Shown piece after piece: positions 52,927 to 63,897 of a stretch of 64,000 bases of DNA; within the stretch, counting starts at the first letter, position 1; every line of letters begins with the position of its first letter. The notes beneath the pieces are model-generated. The model was not told the origin of the DNA, did not search any database, and worked only from the letters and a program-made list of their open reading frames with translations. Position numbers and translations under genes: made by a program. Source of the stretch: an uncultured Gemmatimonadales bacterium (lineage in GTDB: Bacteria; Gemmatimonadota; Gemmatimonadetes; Gemmatimonadales; GWC2-71-9); assembly GCA_963748815.1 (NCBI GenBank), contig CAVVKJ010000009.1:1-64000 (forward strand). Reading direction: 5' to 3'.

Positions 52927-52968
52927 GGGGGAGCGGGGGAGGAGGCTGCCTTGCATCGGGAAACGTCA

Positions 52969-52995
52969 AGGGGCAACCAGTCCATGGTTGCCCCT
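52969..52995. terminator. Hairpin between convergent genes (probable intrinsic terminator)
   Basis: AGGGGCAACCA-GTCCA-TGGTTGCCCCT perfect 11-bp stem. Confidence 0.7.
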
Positions 52996-53038
52996 CGCCG
53001 TTGTTGCCCAGCGGGCCAGCCGAATTACGACGCCGTGG

Positions 53039-53512
53039 TCAGTCGTCGACCGTGATGACGGCGCGCATCCCCATCGCAAGATGCGGCAGGCAGTAGTACT
53101 TGTATTCGCCCTCTGGCGCGCCGGCAAACGAGATGCTGTAGACCGCGTCCTGCACGACGAGCATGGTGCCCGAGAGGGGCTGGAGCTGGTCGGGCATGTT
53201 CGCGCCCAGGACGGCGGCGGCGCCGGTCGGAATGCTGTCCGCCCAGAAGGCCACGTTGTGCGGGCCACCGCTGACGTTGTGGAAGTTCACCACGTCGCCG
53301 GCCTTGATGGTCAGCGTCGCCGGAACGAAGTGATAGGTCTTGCCATCGAACTCCATCTTGACGTCGTGCGTGGCGCCGGTCGCCGCGGGTGCCGCCGCAG
53401 GAGCCGCGTCAGCCGCCGGGGTCGCCGCCGGAGCCTGCTCCGGGGCCTTGTTCTCACCGCCACACGCCGCCACCAGGACGGCCAAACCTGCCACCAAGCT
53501 GATCTTCTGCAT
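53039..53512 (-). CDS. Plastocyanin/azurin-family blue copper lipoprotein
   Basis: Lipobox VAAC, Ala/Pro tether, PHNV and CLPHLAMGM type-1 Cu ligands. Confidence 0.92.
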   Translation of the reverse strand: MQKISLVAGLAVLVAACGGENKAPEQAPAATPAADAAPAAAPAATGATHDVKMEFDGKTYHFVPATLTIKAGDVVNFHNVSGGPHNVAFWADSIPTGAAAVLGANMPDQLQPLSGTMLVVQDAVYSISFAGAPEGEYKYYCLPHLAMGMRAVITVDD

Positions 53513-53705
53513 CGCTGCCAAACCTCCGAAAGAACTGATGAGTGGTCCCGCCCGCCCTGGCCGCCCGCCCCTCCTGATTCACAAGTGCGGATCACCTTGT
53601 GAACGAAGGCGCAAAGATAACAGACGACCCCCAGCCACGCGAGTGACCCCCTGTCCCGCTATCATTCGCGCCAGAACGTTCGGCGATCACTCAATCCGGA
53701 TTCCC

Positions 53706-54446
53706 ATGCCCACGCCTCCCCCCTGCAAATCCCTCGGCCGCCAGTGCCGCTCCCTCGACGTCACCCTCCGGATCGGCAAGCTCGAGGAGGGCCCGGAGTC
53801 CCTCGACCACGAGGCCACCTGGCTCCTCGGTCACACCGACCGCATGGACTTCGGCCGGCTGCACGTCCGGAAGGGGGAGCTCCTCGTCGACGCCCGGCTC
53901 CACGTCCCCTGCAAGCACCTGAAGGAAGCCGGCGGGCGGGCGCACTGCGGCGCGCACGGGTTCCGGGGCCCCTCACCCGCCCAGCCCCGCCGGCCGGCCC
54001 AGCCCCGCCAGCTCGGCGGAAACCAGTTCCGGATCGTGGACCAGCGCCGGCTCGTCGCCCGGCCGGCGGTCGACGTCAAGGCGGGCCTGCCGGTGCTCGG
54101 CACCAACCCCTGCCTCGGCGCCCCCTGCCGGACCGCCGACCACACCCGGGCCGCCGCCTGCTGCCGGGACCTGCAGATCGAGATCATGTGCACCCCCGAG
54201 GAGACCCGCCTCGAGGCGCTGGTGCGGGCGCGCCAGTCGCCCTACCTCTGCAAGACCGAACGGGATGAGCCGGACTCCATCGAGTCCGAGATGATTTCGG
54301 CCTGCGGCTACCTCGCCGAGGACGGGGTGGCCTGCAGCCTCCACGGCCGGCTCCGGGAGGACGGCCGACCCGCCAAGCCCGACCTCTGCAGCACCTGGCC
54401 GGAGGGGGGGGATTTGATGCATCCGGGGTGTGTGTTCAAGAAGTAG
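53706..54446 (+). CDS. Cys/His-rich putative metal-binding protein (YkgJ cysteine-cluster-like)
   Basis: ATG 53706; C-x3-PC...CC...C.YL..DG..C.LHG...KP.LC..WP pattern; host-like codon usage. Confidence 0.65.
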   Translation: MPTPPPCKSLGRQCRSLDVTLRIGKLEEGPESLDHEATWLLGHTDRMDFGRLHVRKGELLVDARLHVPCKHLKEAGGRAHCGAHGFRGPSPAQPRRPAQPRQLGGNQFRIVDQRRLVARPAVDVKAGLPVLGTNPCLGAPCRTADHTRAAACCRDLQIEIMCTPEETRLEALVRARQSPYLCKTERDEPDSIESEMISACGYLAEDGVACSLHGRLREDGRPAKPDLCSTWPEGGDLMHPGCVFKK

Positions 54447-54706
54447 GCGGGGAAGCGGGGAAGCGGGGAAGCGGGGAAGCGGGGAAGCGGGGAAGCGGGG
54501 CCGAAGGTGCGAACGCCCACTGATGGCGTCAAACGTCAGCCTCACGGAATTGGTCAACCGGGGGGATTCCTGGCATCCGGGACGAAGCGGCGCGTTCGCT
54601 TGAATAGGGGTGGGCGTGAGCCCACCCCGGTCGGTCCGCCCGCGCACGGGTTCGTGAAGCACATCGGGACCCATGCCCACCCCGGTCGGTCCGCCCGCGC
54701 ACGGGG
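54447..54706 (+). repeat. Octamer array (GCGGGGAA)6 followed by conserved ~200-nt element, copy B
   Basis: Array starts right after the TAG stop; hairpin GGGGTGGGC-GTGA-GCCCACCCC at 54607-54628; 31-nt direct repeat at 54620-54650 and 54675-54705. Confidence 0.9.
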
Positions 54707-54836
54707 TGGCTCCCCTGCCGGGGCGATGTGCAGATACCCCCCACCCAGACGTCCCCTACCCAGATGGCAATTGGCCGCAAAATCATCATATTTCACATAG
54801 ACTTGTAGGCGTGCTCCCCTGTCCCAAAGGCCCCGC

Positions 54837-55358
54837 GTGCGCGACGAGATCGAAACCCTCTACCTGACGACCTACGCCGCGGTGGTGCGGTTCCTGTACC
54901 GCAAGGTATGGGACGCCGACCGGGCGGAGGATCTGGCGCAGGAGGTGTTCGTCCGGGCCATGCGGCATCGGCCGGAAAAGCCGCGGGCCTGGGTCTTTGC
55001 CGTGGCGGCCAACCTGGCCCGTGACGAGGCCCGGTCCGCCATCCGGCGGCGGAAACACCTGACGCTGCTGACCAACGAGCCGACGCAGCGGCACCAGGTG
55101 GAGCCTGAAGGCGAAGAAAACGTCGAGCACGACGAGAAGATGGAAAAGGTGCGGGTGGCCCTGGCGGAGCTCTCCCAGCGCGACCGGGATGTCCTCCTCC
55201 TCTGGGATGCCGGTCTCAGCTACCCCGAAATTGCCGAACAGTCGGGCCTCGCCGTCGGCGCCGTGGGCACCACGCTCGCGCGCGCCCGGAAGCGCCTCAT
55301 CGAGGCCCACGACCGGATGGAAGTCGAACGGAAACGGAACCATGCCGCGCAATCCTGA
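54837..55358 (+). CDS. ECF (sigma-70 group 4) RNA polymerase sigma factor
   Basis: AEDLAQEVF, AWVFAVAANL, GLSYPEIAE, VGTTLARAR. Confidence 0.92.
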   Translation: MRDEIETLYLTTYAAVVRFLYRKVWDADRAEDLAQEVFVRAMRHRPEKPRAWVFAVAANLARDEARSAIRRRKHLTLLTNEPTQRHQVEPEGEENVEHDEKMEKVRVALAELSQRDRDVLLLWDAGLSYPEIAEQSGLAVGAVGTTLARARKRLIEAHDRMEVERKRNHAAQS

Positions 55359-56367
55359 GCCGCCGCGCCATATCCCCGAAGAGGAGCTCCACGCCTATCT
55401 CGACCAGGCGCTGAGCCGGTCGCAGTGCGTGGAAATCGAGCACCACCTGGCCGGGTGTCACCCCTGCCGGGCGGATCGCGACGCAATCGCCTCCCTGCGG
55501 GACCGGACCACGGCGCTGCTGGTGACGGCGGCACCCCGCCGCATTCGTCCCCGGCCGTATGCCGACCTCTCCGTGGCCGTTCGCCAGCAGGCGGCCCACC
55601 GCGGCCACCGGCTGCGCGACGCCGCCTGGGCCGCGACCGTGGTCGCCGCCCTCGGCCTCGGCTGGGGACTGAGTGAGTGGTCGAATCCGGGCGTTCCGGA
55701 GAGCCCTGTGGCTTCGGGCAATCCAGCCCCGGTCCAGGCGCCCCCGATTACCGCCAATCTTCCCCCCGCGACTCTCGCCACCACGCCGGCTCGGACCCCC
55801 AGCCCCACTCCAGCCCGCATTGTCGGCGCCTCCGACCGGCCGGCCTCCCGGGTCACCCCCTCGCCCCGGACCCCGACCCAGCCCGAGGTGATGCCGGTGG
55901 AATCGGTCGAACCCCCGAGGCCAGTCGGCACCTCCCTGGCCTCGCTCGACGGCACCTCGGCCACCCGGGATCCGGTACTCTCGGGCGTCTGGCGGACGGT
56001 TGCGTTCACCAACAGCCAGTCGTCGCAGGAGGAGTGGGTGCCCAGGGTGGAGGGGGTGCCAGTGGTCCAGGTAAAACAGCGGCAGGCGCCCCAGGGAGGA
56101 CGGCCGATCACGCTGGTGACGCAGCTTCTCGCCAACGGCGAGGTCATCAGCACCGTCGAGGGCCCGGCCACCGAGGTGGCGGCGCTGCTCTCCCAGCAGC
56201 CGGGCCAGAGCGCCAGCGCAGAACTGCAGGACATGGAGCTGTCCGGCCCGCCCCAGTTCTCCGAGGGAACCGCTCAGTCGGCCCCGGGAAATGCGCCGCG
56301 CACCCTGGCCATCTTCGGCAGCGCGCCGTCGGATTCGCTGAAGGCGTTCATGCTGAGGGTGAAGTAA
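55342..56367 (+). CDS. Zinc-binding (zf-HC2/ZAS) transmembrane anti-sigma factor
   Basis: LHAYLD...HLAGCHPC (HxxxCxxC), one TM helix, Pro-rich linker; overlaps the sigma stop. Confidence 0.88.
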   Translation: MPRNPEPPRHIPEEELHAYLDQALSRSQCVEIEHHLAGCHPCRADRDAIASLRDRTTALLVTAAPRRIRPRPYADLSVAVRQQAAHRGHRLRDAAWAATVVAALGLGWGLSEWSNPGVPESPVASGNPAPVQAPPITANLPPATLATTPARTPSPTPARIVGASDRPASRVTPSPRTPTQPEVMPVESVEPPRPVGTSLASLDGTSATRDPVLSGVWRTVAFTNSQSSQEEWVPRVEGVPVVQVKQRQAPQGGRPITLVTQLLANGEVISTVEGPATEVAALLSQQPGQSASAELQDMELSGPPQFSEGTAQSAPGNAPRTLAIFGSAPSDSLKAFMLRVK

Positions 56368-56500
56368 GCGGGGAAGCGGGGAAGCGGGGAAGCGGGGAAG
56401 CGGGGAAGCGGGGCCGAAGATGACGAACGGGGACGATGCCGCAAGGCACCGTCCCCGTATTCGTTCACCAATCGACCTTCCCCGCTTCCCCGCTTCGCCG
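56368..56500. repeat. (GCGGGGAA)5 + GCGGGGCCGAA, central hairpin, then inverted CTTCCCCG units
   Basis: Array 56368-56413 directly after TAA; inverted units 56477-56500. Confidence 0.9.
56427..56458. terminator. Hairpin between convergent anti-sigma and actF
   Basis: ACGGGGACG-ATGCC-GCAA-GGCAC-CGTCCCCGT with a GNRA loop. Confidence 0.7.
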
Positions 56501-56508
56501 CCGCGTGG

Positions 56509-57852
56509 TCAGCTGACCTCAGGATCCGCCAGAAAATCTTCGGCGCGCTCATCGTGATCGAAGTGATCCTCGACCGCGTGGTGGCGTTCCGCCATCACGG
56601 TAATCTCCGCGAGGCGCGGCGAGACCATCGGGAAGCGCCGGGCAAAGAGCCCGTAGGCCAGGAAGAAGAGGCCGGCCAGCAGCAGCGTCGGCCCGAGTTC
56701 CGGGAGGCCGAACGTCGGGCCTTCGAGTGCCGTCACCGACGGCATCACGAGCAGGTACCGCTCGAGCCAGAGCGCCACCAGCGAGACGGTGGCGAAGAGC
56801 GCCATGGTAACGGGAAACTTCTTCGGCGAGACGCCGAGGAGGCCGATGAAGGGAATCAGGAACATCCCGAGGAAGACGGCGCGGCCGATCGGGAGCCAGG
56901 TACCCCAGAGCCGCGCGAAGACGAAGCCGGTCTCTTCGGGGAGGTTGCCGTACCAGATGACGAGGAACTGCGCGAACATCAGGTAGGCCCAGAACACCGT
57001 GAAGCCGAAACAGAGCTTGCCGAGGTCGTGGCGCTGCTTGGGCGAGATCAGGTTCCAGACGCCGGTCTGGGTGCCGGCATACATCGCCGTGAGGGCCAGC
57101 AGCATGTGGGCGCCGAGGAACGACCCCATGAAGTAGAAGCCGCCGAGCAGGTTCGAGAACCAGTGCGGCTGAAGCGCCATGATGCCGTCGAACGCCACCA
57201 GGGTGAAGACCATCGCGTAGGTGGCCGCGAAGAGCGGGCCGAGGCGAGCCAGCCGCGCCTCGTTGGCGGCGCGGCCCTCCGGGCTGTTGTCGAAGCCGGC
57301 CAGCATCCGCTCGTACCGGGCCCGGCGCGGGCCGTCGGCCTGCGCCAGCGTGTCGGCCATGTCCGGGAGGAGATCGGCCCGGATCAGCTGCCACCCGAGG
57401 TAGTAGAGGGCGGAGAGGCCGACGAAGAGCCGGCCGAACATCCACGGCTTCGAGAGCCAGAGCGCCTTGCCGTGGGCCAGCGAGTGCAGCTGCTCGTGCA
57501 TCGGCCCGTAGATGTGATCGTAGCCGAGGGTAAAGATGAGCACGAGACCGAGGAGCGAGACCGGGAAGAACGCGACCGCCGCTTCGGCGAAGCGCAGCAC
57601 GACCCCCGACCACCGCGCCTTGACGATCTTGTGCACCGCCGCGACGGCCACCGAGCCGCCGGCCAGTCCGGTGAAGTAGAGCCAGTTGACGTGGAAGAGC
57701 TGCCACGCCCGGTCGGCCTCGGCGCCGGTGAGCGACATCGCGAAGAGGGCGGCCCCGGCCAGCGCGAGGACACCGCCGCCGAGTACGAAGAGCTGGAACC
57801 GGCCGCCGAGGGCGTGGCCGGCGAGTCGGGCCTGCAGCTTGGCGTCGCTCAT
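56509..57852 (-). CDS. actF: Alternative complex III membrane subunit ActF
   Basis: PHWFSNL, HDLGKLCFGF, FWAYLMFAQFLVIWYGNLPEE; operon position. Confidence 0.88.
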   Translation of the reverse strand: MSDAKLQARLAGHALGGRFQLFVLGGGVLALAGAALFAMSLTGAEADRAWQLFHVNWLYFTGLAGGSVAVAAVHKIVKARWSGVVLRFAEAAVAFFPVSLLGLVLIFTLGYDHIYGPMHEQLHSLAHGKALWLSKPWMFGRLFVGLSALYYLGWQLIRADLLPDMADTLAQADGPRRARYERMLAGFDNSPEGRAANEARLARLGPLFAATYAMVFTLVAFDGIMALQPHWFSNLLGGFYFMGSFLGAHMLLALTAMYAGTQTGVWNLISPKQRHDLGKLCFGFTVFWAYLMFAQFLVIWYGNLPEETGFVFARLWGTWLPIGRAVFLGMFLIPFIGLLGVSPKKFPVTMALFATVSLVALWLERYLLVMPSVTALEGPTFGLPELGPTLLLAGLFFLAYGLFARRFPMVSPRLAEITVMAERHHAVEDHFDHDERAEDFLADPEVS

Positions 57853-58430
57853 CACTGGCCTCCCGCCGGCTGGGGCGCCGCGGCCTGCAGCTGCCGCACG
57901 TAGTTGACGACCTGCCACCGGTCGTCCTGCTCGGTGAGCTTGTCGCCGTACTTGCCCATGATGCCCCGGCCGTAGCGCGTGATGCTGTAGAGGTAGCCGT
58001 CCGAGTAGCCGATGGCGCGCGGGGTCAGGAGCGAGGGCGCCGCGACCTTCGGTCCGACCGGTCCGTCGCCCGCCCCCGCGACGCCGTGGCAGACGGCGCA
58101 GAAGGTGTGGTACAGGGTGTCGCCCCGGGCGCTGGCGGCGCCGGCGAGCGGATTGACGAGCTTGTCGGCGGTCGTGGTGTTACCGGTGGCCCATTCGGCC
58201 GACCAGTCCACCTCGCCGCCGGTGACCGGCACGGTGCCCGGGGGGGTGTTCCGCGGGATGCCGAGCCGGGAATAGGGGAAGACGGCCCGCGACGAGATCA
58301 TGTGGTCGAACCACGGCACCTGCGCCACGAGGTTGTCGGGCGAGGGCACGTCGTTGTACCAGGTGTTGCACCCCGCCGTGGCAGCGGCGAGCAGGGCCAG
58401 CGCGAAGGCCGGATGCGCGCTACGACGCAT
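57852..58430 (-). CDS. actE: Alternative complex III monoheme cytochrome c lipoprotein ActE
   Basis: Lipobox TAGC, PPGTVP, CAVCH, GRGIM, RWQVVNYVRQLQ. Confidence 0.88.
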   Translation of the reverse strand: MRRSAHPAFALALLAAATAGCNTWYNDVPSPDNLVAQVPWFDHMISSRAVFPYSRLGIPRNTPPGTVPVTGGEVDWSAEWATGNTTTADKLVNPLAGAASARGDTLYHTFCAVCHGVAGAGDGPVGPKVAAPSLLTPRAIGYSDGYLYSITRYGRGIMGKYGDKLTEQDDRWQVVNYVRQLQAAAPQPAGGQ

Positions 58431-58928
58431 GCGTCACCTCCACCGAGCCGGCGCGCTTGAGCAGGGATTCGACCGCGGCGGCCTGCTCGGCGCGGCAGGG
58501 CACGAACACGCCGATCTGGTCATCGGAGAACTTCTCGCTGTAGGGAACCCGCTTCCGGGCGTTGACCACCGACATGATGATGACGCCGGCCACGGTGCTG
58601 AGGGCGCCGAGGAGGATCATCAGCTCGAACCCGAGCACGACGTACGGCGGGACCGTGGCGATCGGCTTGCCGCCGACCAGGAGCGGCCAGTTGTTCGACA
58701 TCCAGAAGGTCATCGCGAAGCCCGCCGCGCACCCCGTCAGGCCGCCGACCAGGGTGAAGAGACGGACCGGGCTCACCGGGTGATCGAGGACCTCCTCGAT
58801 CTCGTGGTTCGGCGCCGGCGTGTAGACCGTCAGGTCGGTGTGCCCCTGCGCCTTCAGCGCGCGGATGGCGTCGGTCGCGGCGTCGACGTGGACGAAGCTG
58901 GCGAGGACGCCGGGCGTCATGGTCGCCA

Positions 58929-58929
<1 letters not shown>
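58420..58929 (-). CDS. actD: Alternative complex III subunit ActD (DUF3341)
   Basis: VYTPAP, GGLTG, WPLLVGGKP, FELMIL; C-terminal part of ORF 58420..60069. Confidence 0.88.
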
Positions 58930-60263
<1,334 letters not shown>

Positions 60264-63200
60264 CTACGCCTCCACCCCGTTGAGGACCTTGGCCAGGTAG
60301 GTGACGGACGGCCGCACGTTGGTCTCCTCAAAGACGTGGTACCCGCGCGGGTCCGCCGCGCTCAGCGCCACCCGGCTCGCCGGGTCCATCCGGTCGCCGA
60401 AGATGATGGCGTCCGACGGACAGGCCTGGGCACAGGCGCTGGTGACGTCGCCGTCGCGGAGCCCGCGGTGCTCGAGGGCCGCCACGTTCTGCGCGCCGCG
60501 GATCCGCTGCACGCAGAAGGTGCACTTTTCCATCACGCCGCGGGCACGGACCGTCACGTCGGGGTTGAGCTGCAGGTTGAGCGGCTCCGGGAACGCCTTC
60601 TTGTTGTAGGCGAACCAGTTGAAGTACCGCACCTTGAAGGGGCAGTTGTTGCTGCAGTACCGCGTGCCGACGCACCGGTTGTACACCTGGCCGTTGAGGC
60701 CGTCCGGCGTGTGGTAGGCCGCGTACACCGGGCAGACCGGCTCGCAGGGCGCGTTGCGCGCAGTGCTGGCAGAGCATCGGCACGAACCGCGTCTCCAGCG
60801 GCTCGCCCTCCTCCCCGCCCTCGTAGTACCGCTCGATGCGCATCCAGCTCATTTCGCGGCCGCGCAGCACCTCCGACTCGCCCACCGTCGGGATGTTGTT
60901 CTCGGCGTAGCAGGCCGTGACGCACGCCGAGCAGCCGGTGCACTTGGCCAGGTCGATCGTCATCCCCCACTGCGGATGGTCGCCGACATAGTTGCCCTTG
61001 AGCGTGGCGGCGTGCTGCGCCGCCGCAAAGCCGGCGATGGCCTCCAGCTCGCGCGGGGTGTTGATCTCGTGTGCGCCGCCCCCCGCCTCCTCGTGATGCG
61101 CCTCTTCCGGGGTCAGCCCCTTCCGCGCCGCCGCGAGCGGCATCGCCTCGGCGATGCCACGCCCGAGCTGCCGGTTGTTGCCTTCCGTCTTGGCCACCTT
61201 CTGGTAGCGCCGGGTCTTCTCGAGCGACACCCGGGTGGAGACGTACGGCACGAAGGCCGCGTCGCCCGGCGCCGCCAGGAGGTCGAGCGCGTTGGCCCCG
61301 CGACCGGTGGCGTACTCGCCGAAATTGGTGTGCCCGTAGCCAAGCGGCGCCGAGAGGACGTCGCGGCGCACCCCGGGATAGAGGTAGGCCGGCGCCTCGA
61401 TGCTGCCCGACGCGGACACGAGGCGGACGATTTCCCCCTCGCGGATGTCGAGGTCGGCAGCCGTCTCGGGATGGATTTCCACCCACGACTGCCAGGTGAT
61501 CTTGGTGACGGGGTCGGGATTTTCCAGCAGCCACGGCTTGTCGGTGCCACGGCCGTCATAGAGCAGCGACGACGCCGAGGGCGCAAAGAGGAACTCCCCC
61601 TCGCCGCTGAAGGCGGGCGAGGCGCCGACCACCTGCTGGGCGCCGGCCGCCAGGCGCACCGCGGTCGGCGCCGGCGCGGCGTCGTAGAGGCCGCCCTGCG
61701 CCAGCGTGCTCACCCACCAGGACGGGAACGTCGAGCACCCCGCGGCTCCGGGCCACGCCCTGCCACGCCTCCTTCAGGTACGCGTCCCACGACGCCGCCT
61801 GGAACCCGGCCAGCGGCCCGCCGACGGCCTTGGCCACGCGGAGAAGCACCTCACCGGCGGGCAGCGTGTCGAACACCGGCTCCATGACCGGCTGCATCAG
61901 GGACTGGATGCCGGCGCGCGGGCGCAGGTCGTCCCACCGCTCGAGCCCATGGGACTGCGGGAGGAGGAGGTCGCAGAGCGCGGCGGTCTCGTCGAGCACC
62001 AGCGCGGTGGACACCTTGTACGGCACCTTGGCCATCGCCGCCGCGAACCCGGAGCTCTTCGGCAGCGCGTAGACCGGGTTCGCGTCGTGCACCACCAGCA
62101 CGGCCACCTGACCCGCCTCCATCTCCTTCTGGAGCGCGGCGAGGGCGGCGTAGCCGTCGCCCGAGTCGAGATCGGCGCCGAAGCGGACCGTCTGGCCGAC
62201 GTTGCCGGCCACGTAGTTCAGGATGTTGACCGCGGCGCAGGCCTGCGCGGCGCCGGCGTGCTGGCTGCCGATGCCGCCGGCCACCGCGAGGCTCGGCTCG
62301 GCCGACACGAATTCGCGGGCCAGCAGCGTGATCTGCTCCGCGGTGAGCCCGGTCTGCTGGGCCACCTGCTCCGGCGCGTACCCGGCGAGCATGCCGCGGA
62401 GCGCCACGGCGTCGGACGGGGCGCTGCTCCGCTCGGCCAGGATCACCTGCGCCATGGCGAGCGCGATCGTCGCCTCGGCGCCCGGCACGATGGCAAACCA
62501 CTCGTCGGCGTTCATCCCGGTCAGCGACATCCGCGGGGCGAGCGCCACGTGCCTGGACATCGTCCCGTCGTGGTAGCCGTGCGACGCGGCGAAGCCGCGC
62601 TGGTTCTCGACCGGCGCGAGCCAGGTCTCGAGGAAGTCGGCACCGAAGGAGAGAATGAACTTCGCCGCGGCGAAGTCGTGCGCCGGAAGGCCGTCCACCC
62701 CGAACACCTGCCGGTTGGCCGCCCGCATCGGCTCATGGTCAAAGGGCTGGTACCGGACGACCTTGCCGCCCAGCGCTGCGGTCCACGAGGCGAGGAGGTC
62801 GGAGAAGGTGCCGCGCCCGGCGCCGGAGATGACGGCCACCTTGCCGCCGGCGGCGCCCGCCTTCGCGGCAAACTCCGCCACCGCATCCGCCCAGGCGATG
62901 TCCGCCGTGCCGCCGTCGGCGAGCCGCTTCTTCGGCCCGCGCACACGATTCGGGTTGTACAGCGACTGCAGCCCCGCCTGGCCCCGGGCGCAGAGCTTCC
63001 CGGCGTTGACCGGGTGCGCCGGGTTGCCCTCGAGCTTGATGGCGCGGGCCTCCCGGGTCTTCACGTGCAACCCGCACCCGGCGGCGCACTCGGTGCAGGT
63101 GCTGGAGTAGAAGGTGGGGATGCCGGGCACCTGGTCCTCGGACTGCACCAGGTACGGGATCAGCTTCTGCACCCGGTCCGTGGAGCAGCCGGTCAGCGCC

Positions 63201-63277
63201 GCCGTGCCCGCCCCGGTCGCGCCGAGCACGGTCAGGAAGCGCCGTCGGTCCATCCCGGTGTCTTGCGTCTCGTCCAT
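60264..63277 (-). CDS. actB: Alternative complex III subunit ActB (molybdopterin-oxidoreductase-like + 4Fe-4S; Tat; two frameshifts ~61715 and ~60757)
   Basis: DRRRFL Tat motif; CTECAAGC, KLEGNPAHP, CTGCSAC, CQHC..PCEPVCP, CVGTRYCSNNCP, CTFCVQR across three ORFs. Confidence 0.9.
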
Positions 63278-63303
63278 TGCTGCGCCTCGAGGGCTGGCAG
63301 TCG

Positions 63304-63897
63304 CTAGTAGTGGCAGACGGAACAGTCTCGCGACACGTTCCGCTCCAGGTGGCAATTGATGCAGAAGCCCATGTTGTTCACGTTGTTCACCTTGAACACC
63401 TGGGGCGCCCGCGTCACGTCGCCGTGGCAGGTGGCGCAGGCGTTCGGTCCCATCGCGTTGATGTGCCGCATATGGGGGAAGTGCGCGTGGCGGGCCAGGA
63501 AATAGACCCGGTTCCACTCGACCGGCGTGTTGGTGTTGTAGGACTCGCGGACCTTGGCAATTTCCCGCTGCGCCGTCGAGTCGGTGCCGCCGATGACCAG
63601 GTGGCAGTTCATGCAGGTGCCCATGCTCGGGATCCCAGGCTCCGAGGAGACCGAGACCGAGTAGTGGCAATACTGGCAGTTGATCTTGAATTGACCCGCG
63701 TGAATGTCGTGACGGAAGAAGATCGGCTGGCGCGGACCCTTCAACGCGGCCGAATCGGCGGGCGTGAGGACCGGGGCAAGGAGCGAGTCGTTGACGGCTG
63801 GAGCGGCCTGCCTGGTCGCGCCGGCGTCTCGGGCGAGAAACGCCACAGCCAGCGTCAGGAGCAGCGTTCCGCCGAACACCGAGGCCAGCTTACGCAT
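63304..63897 (-). CDS. actA: Alternative complex III pentaheme cytochrome c ActA
   Basis: Five CxxCH motifs (CQYCH, CMNCH, CATCH, CINCH, CSVCH), QPIFFRH, HFPHMRH. Confidence 0.92.
   Translation of the reverse strand: MRKLASVFGGTLLLTLAVAFLARDAGATRQAAPAVNDSLLAPVLTPADSAALKGPRQPIFFRHDIHAGQFKINCQYCHYSVSVSSEPGIPSMGTCMNCHLVIGGTDSTAQREIAKVRESYNTNTPVEWNRVYFLARHAHFPHMRHINAMGPNACATCHGDVTRAPQVFKVNNVNNMGFCINCHLERNVSRDCSVCHY

Noticed and set aside
42819..54680. ORFs encoding PLPRFPAS / GEAGKRGS peptide repeats (extension of 42603..42980, 48267..48770, 53973..54680)
   Set aside because: They are translations of the non-coding octamer arrays.
42881..56500. Octamer arrays or REP cluster as a CRISPR array
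   Set aside because: Units are contiguous 8-mers with no unique spacers, and no cas genes are present.
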